Part shown: one piece after another, positions 51,241-64,000 of the stretch | Layout: every line of letters begins with the position of its first letter | Position numbering within the stretch: the stretch's first letter is position 1 | From: Halobacteriovoraceae bacterium | GTDB taxonomy: Bacteria; Bdellovibrionota; Bacteriovoracia; Bacteriovoracales; Bacteriovoracaceae | Length of the DNA stretch: 64,000 nucleotides | Reading direction: 5' to 3' | Assembly (NCBI GenBank): GCA_963719505.1 | Contig: CAVRCF010000001.1 | Span: forward strand, 160,001 to 224,000 | The notes under the pieces: model-generated | Database searches by the model: none | What the model was told of the DNA's origin: nothing | What the model saw: the letters and a program-made list of their open reading frames with translations, nothing else | Program-made: the position numbers and the translations under genes

Positions 51241-51295
51241 AACTTAACCTCTATATTAATTATTGGGCGCTTATATAACACTTGGCCCAATAATT

Positions 51296-51709
51296 CTACT
51301 CTTCTTTTGATAATTATCTTCGTTTTTATAGGAAGTTTATACTTAGCAAGCATTAATGCATCTTTTGCTAGTTTCGTGATCAACACCATTAATCTCAAAT
51401 AATACTCTTCCTGGCTTAATAACAGCTACCCATTTCTCAGGAGATCCCTTACCTTTACCCATTCTAACTTCAGCTGGCTTTCTTCGTTAAGAGACTTATC
51501 AGGAAAGATTTTAATCCAAATGTTACCACCTCTTTTGGTTTTTCTTGAAATTGCAATCCTGGCTGCTTCAATTTGTCTGTCTGTAATATAGCCACATTCA
51601 ACGGCTTGGATAGCAATATCACCAAAGCAATATGATTTCCTCTATTAGCAGTACCTTTCATTCGACCTTTTTGCTGCTTTCTCCATTTTACTTTCTTAGG
51701 ACTTAACAT
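51296..51709 (-). CDS. rplP: 50S ribosomal protein L16 (frameshifted)
   Basis: [28 protein letters not shown]. Confidence 0.94.
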
Positions 51710-51785
51710 TTTTTACCTCAATGTTAATAAATTTAAGTCGTTCTCATTGTTTAGACACGTTTCTACATGTAATAATTACACAGTA

Positions 51786-52416
51786 TTACTTCTTGTAGAC
51801 TTCACCTTTATAAACCCAAACTTTTACACCAATAATTCCGTATTGAGTTTTAGCTTCAGCAGTTTCGTAGTCAATATCAGCACGAAGAGTATGTAGAGGA
51901 ACTTTTCTCTCAGAATACCCTTCAGTTCTTGCCATCTCAGCTCCACCAAGACGTACCAGAACACTTAACTTTGATCCCTTTAACACCTGATCTAAATGCA
52001 GAAGTCATCACTTTCTTCATTGCTCTTCTGAATGCAACTCTTTTTTCAAGTTGAGCAGCAATATTTTCAGCAATAAGTTTAGCTTCAGCATCTGGTCTCT
52101 TAACTTCAGCGATATTGAAGAAAAGTGTTCCTTTAGCTAATCTTCTTAAGATCATTTCTAATCTTATCAATTCCAGCACCTTTTTTACCGATTGCGACAC
52201 CAGGCTTAGCTGAAAAAACTGTAACTTTAACTTGATCAGAAGTTCTAGTAATCTCTGTTTTAGCAATCGCAGCATTGCTAAATTCTTCTCGATATACTTT
52301 CGGATCCTTAGGTCTTCTTGAAGAGTTGCACCATAATTTTCTTTTGCGTACCAATTAGAATGCCAATCTTTGATATAACCTAATCTAAAACCGTATGGAT
52401 GTACTTTTTGTCCCAT
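51786..52416 (-). CDS. rpsC: 30S ribosomal protein S3 (frameshifted)
   Basis: [34 protein letters not shown]. Confidence 0.95.
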
Positions 52417-52428
52417 TATTAATCTTCC

Positions 52429-52765
52429 TTATGCTTCTTTTAAAGCAACAGTTACGTAGCTAGTTCTTTTTCTAATTCTTAAAAGCTCTACCTTGCGCTC
52501 TTGGTTGAATTCGTTTTAAGAGTTGGACCTTCGTCAACCATAATTGTCACCGATAACTAAGTTATCTAAGATCATACTTTTCACTATCAGAAGCGATTTG
52601 AAGACCACTGTTAAGTAGTTTCGTAAGCATAATTGCGATTTCTTTCTTCTCACTAAAGCGAAGAATTCTTAGTGCTTCTTCAACTTTTTTGTTTCTGATT
52701 AGATCACAACTTGTCTTACTTTTCTGGGCAGACTTATCAACGTTATTATTTTTTACTACAATCAT
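52429..52765 (-). CDS. rplV: 50S ribosomal protein L22 (frameshifted)
   Basis: DLIRNKKVEEAL, VDEGPT, PRAQGRA. Confidence 0.9.
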
Positions 52766-52779
52766 TTTATACCTACCTA

Positions 52780-53061
52780 TTATTTCTTAGACTTTTTATC
52801 AGCACCATGGCCGTAATAAGTTCTTGTAAGTGAAAATTCTCCAAGCTTGTGACCAACCATATTGTCAGTTACAAATACTGGAATAAATTTCTTTCCATTA
52901 TGAACAGCAAAAGTTAATCCAATAAACTCAGGGAAGAATAGTTGATCTTCTAGACCAAGTCTTGATAACCTTATTTGCTTTTCCTTCTGCTTTAGCTGCA
53001 TCAACTTTTTTAAGTAGAGACTGTAATCAACGTAAGGACCTTTTTTAAGTGAACGAGCCAT
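52780..53061 (-). CDS. rpsS: 30S ribosomal protein S19 (compensating indels)
   Basis: [24 protein letters not shown]. Confidence 0.95.
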   Translation of the reverse strand: MARSLKKGPYVDYSLYLKKLMQLKQKEKQIRLSRLGLEDQLFFPEFIGLTFAVHNGKKFIPVFVTDNMVGHKLGEFSLTRTYYGHGADKKSKK

Positions 53062-53076
53062 TTATATTCTCCTAAA

Positions 53077-53906
53077 TTACTTTCTTCTCTTAACAATGAA
53101 CTGGTTAGTTCTCTTGTTTTTTCTAGTCTTATAACCTTTAGTTGGTTTACCCCAAGGAGTAACTGGGTGTCTACCACCTGAAGTTCTACCTTCACCACCA
53201 CCATGCGGGTGATCAACTGGGTTCATAACAACACCTCTAACTTTAGGTCTTCGTCCTCGAAGTCTGATTCTTACCAGCTTTACCGATATTAATTTGCTCA
53301 TGCTCAAGATTTCCAACCTGACCGATAGTTGCTCGACAGTTATTTTTTACTTTTCTCACTTCACCAGAAGGAAGTCTTAAAAGAGCTTCTTTCCCTTCTT
53401 TAGCCATAAGTTGAGCATAAGATCCGGCTGAACGAGCTAGCTGTCCACCACTTCTTGGATGTAAGTTCAACATTATGAACTAAAGTACCAACTGGAATAT
53501 CTTTTAAGAAGTTTTGAGTTTCCAACTTTAATATCTGCATCGTCAGAAGAGATGACTGTATCACCAACTTTAAGTCCGTGTGGAGCTAAAATATAAGTCT
53601 TTACACCATCAGCATAACAAATCAGAGCAATATTACATGTTCTGTTTGGATCATATTCAATTGACTTAACAGTTGCAGGAATATCCAGTCTTTTGTCTTT
53701 TAAAATCAATAATTCTGTACTTTTGTTTTACACCACCACCGCGACGTCTTGAAGTGATACGTCCGTGAGCATTTCTACCAGCAGTCTTTTTCTTAGTGGC
53801 TAATAATGACTTCTCAGGTGTTGCGCCTTTAGTTAAAGCCATCGCTGTTATAACAGCCATTTGTCTTAGTGATGGAGTTGTTGGTCTTAAATTTTTTAAT
53901 ACCCAT
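53077..53906 (-). CDS. rplB: 50S ribosomal protein L2 (frameshifted)
   Basis: [33 protein letters not shown]. Confidence 0.96.
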
Positions 53907-53923
53907 AATTCCTCTTTTTTATG

Positions 53924-54212
53924 TTATATACCTTTAAATAAGTTCTAGCTTTTGTCCGTCTGGATTTGCACATAAGCTTTTTTCCAAGAAGCAGACTTCT
54001 TCAAGCGCTTTACCAGCTCGTTTGAACTTTCCCAGGAGTGTAGCAGTTTTTACGTTAACAACTTTTACATCAAACATTTTTTCAACAGCGTCTTTAACTT
54101 GATACTTGCTCGCTTTTCTTTGAACTTTAAAAACATATCTGTTTGTCATTTTCAGTTTCCATTGAGCTTTTTCTGTTAATAGAGGCTTTATTAAGATTTC
54201 TTCTATATGCAT
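53924..54212 (-). CDS. rplW: 50S ribosomal protein L23 (indels)
   Basis: ILIKPLLTEK, VEKMFDVKVVNV. Confidence 0.9.
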
Positions 54213-54214
54213 AA

Positions 54215-54841
54215 TTACACCAGCCTTCTTAATAAGTTTTTCTAGAGCAGCTTTTTCAATGATTAAGTTTTCAAACTTAACTGCTTCATAAACACTGAAA
54301 CCTTCAACAGCCATTGTCTTTAGCATTTCTAATATTTCTTGCAGCTAAAATTGCTTTTGAGTCTGTCTTCTCAGTAACAACTAGTGCAGGTAAGAAGATT
54401 TTTCTCACTTGAGAGTCTTGCAAACATCTCTTTGGTTTTTCCGTTAGAATCTATAGATTCAACAACAGTTAATTTTCCAGCTTGAAACTTATCAGCGATT
54501 ACCGACTGAATAGCTTTAAGCATCATTTTTTTATTAACTTTTTGAGTGAAATCTCTTTTTTGTGGACCAAAAGCAGTACCACCGCCAACCATGATTGGTG
54601 AACGAGTAGAACCTTGTCTTGCACGACCAGTACCTTTTTGCTTGAAAGGCTTAGCACCACCACCCAGAAACGTTTCCACGAGTCTTAGTGTGAGCGTTAC
54701 CTTGTCTTCTGCCTGCAAGAGTTGCCTTAACGATTTGGTGAACAGCAGAAACACTTACAACATCAGCATCTAGGTTGATATCAGTAGCAAGAGATCCAGA
54801 TTTTTCAAATTTATCGAATTTAATACAGCTATATCAGTCAT
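54215..54841 (-). CDS. rplD: 50S ribosomal protein L4 (frameshifted)
   Basis: GGGAKPFKQKGTGRARQGS, GGGTAFGP. Confidence 0.94.
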
Positions 54842-54851
54842 TTCTTACTCC

Positions 54852-55503
54852 CTATTGCTTAATCGCTTTAGCGATTCTTACAAAACCATTTTTAGAACCA
54901 GGAATCGAACCCTTGATTAACATGTAACCTTGGTCTTCATTAAGCTCTACAATTTGTAGGTTTTGAATAGTTTTAGTAATCACACCCATATGACCTGGCA
55001 TTTTCTTTTGCTTGAAAACACGTCCAGGAGTGGCACGGTTACCGATAGAACCAGTTGTTCTGTGAAACTTGTGACCGTGAGATGCTGGACCACCAGCGAA
55101 GTTATATTTTTTCATAACTCCGGCGAAACCTTTACCTTTAGTCGTTCCAGTAACATCAACAACTGCGTTCGCAGCAAAATTCTCTAAAGAAACTTCTTTC
55201 CCTAGATTATCAGCAGAAACTTCAGCAGATCTTAAACTCAGCAAATTGAGTAAAAGTTTTATCAATGTTTGCTTTCTTTAAGTGACCTTTAACAGGACTT
55301 GTAACTAACTTTTCACGTTTTTCATAGAAAGCTACTTGATACGCATTGTATCCATCAGTTTCTGTGGTTTTTACTTGAGAAATAACATTGGGGATTAGCT
55401 TGATGACGGTAACTGGAACATGCTTTCCAGACTCATCAAAAATTCTTGTCATACCAGCTTTCAAGCCATAAACAGCTGGCAAGCTAACTTTTGCTTCAGA
55501 CAT
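54852..55503 (-). CDS. rplC: 50S ribosomal protein L3 (one frameshift)
   Basis: [30 protein letters not shown]. Confidence 0.96.
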
Positions 55504-55594
55504 TTTTCCTCCACAGCATCACCCCTTTCTGGGGATGCATTCATGGTTAATATTCAGACTAAACTAATTTCGAATAGATAGTCTGCAACTTATA

Positions 55595-55903
55595 CTAGTA
55601 TTTGATCTCTACGTCAACACCTGCTGATAAGTCTAACTTCATAAGACTATCTACAGTTTGTTGAGTTGGGTCGATAATATCAACCAATCTTTTGTGTGTT
55701 CTCATCTCGAACTGCTCACGTGCTTTTTTGTTTACGTGTGGTGACCTAAGTACAGTGTACTTATTGATCTCAGTTGGAAGAGGGATAGGGCCAGCAATTC
55801 TAGCACCTGTATTCTTCGCAGTCTGAACAATTTCTTGAACCGAAGCGTCAAGAACGTTAAAATCGTAAGCTCTAAGCTTGATTCTCAGTCTATTTGTTTT
55901 CAT
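55595..55903 (-). CDS. rpsJ: 30S ribosomal protein S10
   Basis: [21 protein letters not shown]. Confidence 0.98.
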   Translation of the reverse strand: MKTNRLRIKLRAYDFNVLDASVQEIVQTAKNTGARIAGPIPLPTEINKYTVLRSPHVNKKAREQFEMRTHKRLVDIIDPTQQTVDSLMKLDLSAGVDVEIKY

Positions 55904-56002
55904 TTATTCTCCAAAATTTTATAAGATGTCTTAGATATTGCATGGAATAAAGGATGTCAACCAATTCCATGCAATTTTTCATCTTTTTTGTTTAATTACA
56001 TA

Positions 56003-57193
56003 CTAGTCTAAAATATCAGTTACTGTTCCAGCACCAATTGTTCTACCACCCTCACGGATTGCAAACTTTAGACCCTTCTCCATTGCGATATTTGTGATCA
56101 ACTCTACGTCAAATCCTGTGTTATCTCCTGGCATGATCATCTCAGTCCCTTCGTTCAACGTGATTGCTCCCGTTACGTCCGTTGTTCTGAAATAAAACTG
56201 TGGTCTATATCCTTTGAAAATCGGAGTGTGACGTCCACCCTCTTCTTTTGTCAAAATATACACTTCACATCTAAATTTACTATGTGGCTTAACTGTTCCC
56301 GGCTTAATAATACACTGACCACGCTCGATATCTTCTCTCTTAACACCTCTTAAAAGAATACCTACGTTATCTCCTGCACGACCTTCGTCAAGAAGCTTTC
56401 TGAACATCTCTACACCAGTTACTACAGTCTTAACTGCGTCCTTGATTCCGATGATCTCGATCTCTTCTCCAACCTTAACGATCCCTCTTTCAACTCTTCC
56501 TGTACAAACTGTACCACGACCTGAAATTGAGAAAACGTCCTCTACTGGCATCAAGAAATCTTTATCAATCGCTCTCGGTGGAGTTGGGATATACTCATCA
56601 ACTGCGGCCATAAGTTCTAAAACTTTATCACGACCAATTGCTCTGTCTCTATCTTCAACTGCTGCTAGCGCTGAACCTGCTACGATTGGTGTATCGTCAC
56701 CTGGGTAATCGTATGAAGAAAGTAATTCTCTTATCTCCATATCTACTAACTCTAATAATTCTTCGTCATCAACTTGATCTACCTTGTTTAAAAATACTAC
56801 AAGTGAAGGTACGTTTACCTGACGAGCAAGAAGGATATGCTCTCTAGTCTGTGGCATTGGACCATCAGCCGCTGAACATACTAAAATTGCTCCATCCATC
56901 TGTGCTGCACCTGTAATCATGTTCTTTACATAATCGGCGTGACCTGGACAGTCTACGTGTGCGTAATGTCTGTTCGCTGTCTCATACTCTACGTGTGAAG
57001 TATTGATCGTGATACCACGAGCCTTTTCTTCTGGAGCTGAATCGATATCTGCATATGACATTGACTTACCACCCATTGCTTCCGCAAGAGTCATAGTGAT
57101 TGCTGCTGTTAATGTTGTTTTACCGTGATCGACGTGACCGATTGTACCAATGTTAACGTGTGGTTTTGAACGGTCAAATTTTTCCTTAGCCAT
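56003..57193 (-). CDS. tuf: Elongation factor Tu
   Basis: [34 protein letters not shown]. Confidence 0.99.
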   Translation of the reverse strand: MAKEKFDRSKPHVNIGTIGHVDHGKTTLTAAITMTLAEAMGGKSMSYADIDSAPEEKARGITINTSHVEYETANRHYAHVDCPGHADYVKNMITGAAQMDGAILVCSAADGPMPQTREHILLARQVNVPSLVVFLNKVDQVDDEELLELVDMEIRELLSSYDYPGDDTPIVAGSALAAVEDRDRAIGRDKVLELMAAVDEYIPTPPRAIDKDFLMPVEDVFSISGRGTVCTGRVERGIVKVGEEIEIIGIKDAVKTVVTGVEMFRKLLDEGRAGDNVGILLRGVKREDIERGQCIIKPGTVKPHSKFRCEVYILTKEEGGRHTPIFKGYRPQFYFRTTDVTGAITLNEGTEMIMPGDNTGFDVELITNIAMEKGLKFAIREGGRTIGAGTVTDILD

Positions 57194-57229
57194 GATGACT
57201 CTCCTTTAAGTTTATTTTTTAATTTGTAT

Positions 57230-59311
57230 TTAAATAAATATTCCGCGTTTTTCTAAGACTTTTTTGGCAATATTTTTATCCAACAATTCGTAGTTTTTAA
57301 ATGTCATCGAAAAGTTTGCACGCCCTTGAGTCTTTGATCTGAGATTTGTTGAGTACCCAAACATCTCTGCAAGCGGTACCTCAGCTAAGATCATTTCCTT
57401 TTCACCTTTAGGATTCATAGAAAGGATTCTACCTCGCTTCGAATTTACATCAGAGATGACATCTCCGGCGAATTCAGTTGGACTTACAACTTCCAAACTC
57501 ATAATTGGCTCCATCAAAGATAGACCCGCTTTTTTACAAGCTTCTTTAAATGCCATAGAGGCTGCAATCGTATAAGCAAGTTCACTTGAGGTGTCCTCAT
57601 CATACTTTATTTCTTCAATAGATGCTTTTATACTTATAAAGGGATAACCAGCTAGCGCTCCACCTGGTGCAGACTCAGTTATTCCCCTTGAGGTCGCTTT
57701 AAATAATTCTTTAGGCACATCGCGAGATTTAAATTTTTCCTCAACGCTTATAACTTGTTCCTCTTGAGACTCAACCGAAATTTTCACAAATCCGTACTGA
57801 ATCTTTCCACCAACTTCTTGCTTGTACTCGTGGCTAGCAACACCAACACCCGATATACTTTCTCGATAAGCTACTTGTGGAGATCCAACATTGACACCGA
57901 CTTTAAATTCACGAAGTAATCTATCAACAATAATATCTAGGTGAAGCTCACCCATTCCATAAATCAAAAGTTGGCCCGTCTCTTTATTATTAAAGTACTT
58001 AAAAGAAGGGTCTTCAATTTGTAATTGATCTAGAGTTTTGTGAAGTTTATCTTCATCGGCAGATGTTTTAGGCTCAATTGCAATAGAGATGACGGTCTCT
58101 GGAAATTCCATAAGATCATAAACGATAGGTTTATTTGTTACACATAATGTGTGGCCTGTTGTTGTGTACTTCATCCCTGTAAATGCAACAATATCACCTG
58201 CTCTGGCCACTTCAACTTCTTCTCTTTTATTTGAATGCATTTGTAAAATTTTACCAACGCGCTCTTTTTTATCTTCAAGGGGATTATAAATTTGAGAGCC
58301 AACTTTTACTTCTCCTGAATAAATTCTAAAAAACGTAAGCGTCCAACGAAGGGATCAGTTGCAATTTTAAAGGCAAGACCAGAGAAGTCATCAGAGACGT
58401 CTGGAGATCTTGAAATCTCTTTTTCATGATTTTTGACTATCGTAACCTTTGACTGCACCGATATCAAGTGGTGATGGAAGATAGTCGCACAACGGCATCT
58501 AAAAGAGGTTGCACACCTTTATTTTTAAAAGCAGTTCCACAAAAAACAGGTATAAAACTCTCTTTAATGATGGCGTGTCTTATCGCCTCTTTTAAAACTC
58601 GTTGCCGTTACCTCTTCACCGCCGAGGTATGCTTCAGCTAGCTCATCATCTAAAATCAGCAATAGATCCTATTAGTTCTTCACGATACATCTAAGGCTTC
58701 TTCTTTTTCCCCATCCGTTAATTCTTGAAGCTTTCATATTTCTCTCCAAGGTCTTCTGAATTCCAAATGAGTTTTTTCATTTGAACAAGATCAATAATGC
58801 CTTCAAAAGTATCTTCACTTCCCACTGGTAAGTGAATAGCTGCTGCATTTTTTCCAAGCTTATCTTTAATTTCCCCAACCACTGCGTAAAAGTCAGCACC
58901 GACTCGGTCCATTTTATTAACAAAAGCAATTCTTGGAACTTTATACCTATCGGCTTGTCCCCAAACTGTTTCTGACTGAGGCTCAACACCTCCAACCGCG
59001 CAGAATACACCGACAGCACCATCAAGGACTCTTAAAGATCTTTCTACTTCAATCGTAAAATCGACATGACCTGGGGTATCTATTATATTTATTTTATGAT
59101 CATCCCACATACAGGTTGTAGCCGCAGAAGTGATTGTAATACCACTCTCCTGCTCTTGGACCATCCAGTCCATAGTTGCCGTACCATCGTGAACTTCACC
59201 AATTTTGTAGCTCTTTCCAGTATAAAAAAGAATCCTTTCCGTTGTGGTGGTTTTACCAGCATCAATATGGGCCATGATTCCAATATTTCTAATTTTATTT
59301 AAGTTTTTCAT
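57230..59311 (-). CDS. fusA: Elongation factor G of the str operon, divergent domain IV (frameshifted at about 58.24-58.72 kb)
   Basis: [45 protein letters not shown]. Confidence 0.93.
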
Positions 59312-59363
59312 CCAACTTCTACCTTGATCGCATTTGCAGTGGCCAAAACAACTGTCTTAAACC

Positions 59364-59393
59364 AAAAAAAGGAGCGCTTACACGCTCCTTTTT
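59364..59393 (-). terminator. Intrinsic terminator between rpsG and fusA
   Basis: Minus strand A5-GGAGCG-TGTAAG-CGCTCC-T7. Confidence 0.8.
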
Positions 59394-59429
59394 CTTATAA
59401 AAATACTTACTATTTTTTTAACAAGTTTA

Positions 59430-59907
<478 letters not shown>

Positions 59908-59918
59908 CTTTTAACTCC

Positions 59919-60295
59919 TTACGCCTTTGGTCTTTTAGCACCGTACTTAGAACGACGCTGTCTTCTTTTATCAACACCAGAAGCATCGAGTGTACCTCTT
60001 ACAGTGTGGTAACGAACCCCTGGTAAGATCTTTTACTCTTCCACCTCTAATAAGAACGATACAGTGTTCTTGAAGGTTATGACCTTCACCACCGATGTAT
60101 GAAATAACTTCAAAACCAGATGTTAATTTTACCTTACAAACTTTTCTCATTGCTGAGTTTGGTTTCTTTGGCGTTGTTGTATAAACACGTGTACAAACTC
60201 CACGTCTTTGAGGGCAAGCAACAAGAGCCGGAGACTTAGTCTTCGTGAACTTATCTGTTCTTCCCTTTCGTAACTAATTGGTTAATCGTAGGCAT
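59919..60295 (-). CDS. rpsL: 30S ribosomal protein S12 (frameshifted)
   Basis: [36 protein letters not shown]. Confidence 0.95.
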
Positions 60296-60373
60296 TTTGC
60301 GTACTCCTTAAAATTTCCACTTTTCATTTAGCGAGGGTTTTTAACACATGGCCCATCCTAAAACAAGTTTTTT

Positions 60374-64000
<3,627 letters not shown>

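Noticed and set aside
53934-54326. Apparent L4-L23 fusion ORF
   Set aside because: Produced by an indel near the rplD stop; a separate rplW start is present at 54212.

Overview
AT-rich bacterial chromosome segment, mostly minus-strand. Gene content (RomR homologue, orphan TadC with FHA/TPR membrane proteins, PilZ, orphan MreB, sigma-54 activator, sigma-28-type promoters) points to a predatory Bdellovibrionota, probably Bacteriovoracaceae; this assignment is inference. Left to right: DUF2126-like amidoligase, sphingosine-1-phosphate-lyase-like enzyme and membrane proteins; tRNA-Pro(TGG), rdgB, rph, birA; a romR / PP2C / three FHA proteins / DUF192 / tadC cluster preceded by mreB-PilZ-lipoprotein-nagZ; hpt, LpoA-like lipoprotein, hemW-grpE-dnaK-dnaJ; a wzm-wzt-S26 peptidase unit convergent with a GT4 unit; M16 protease; acyl-CoA carboxylase genes; a sigma-54 activator; then the alpha, spc, S10 and str operons and the 3' part of rpoC. 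Many essential genes at about 5.9-7.2 kb, 25.4-26.2 kb, 42-55.3 kb and 58.2-64 kb carry small indels, most likely assembly errors, so their ends are approximate. No CRISPR array, rRNA or mobile element was seen. Best leads: the Tad/FHA/phospho-threonine/RomR cluster, the Wzm/Wzt-S26-GT4 locus, a DnaJ with one zinc centre cleanly deleted, a divergent str-operon EF-G cut off by a terminator, and a possible sphingolipid catabolic locus.
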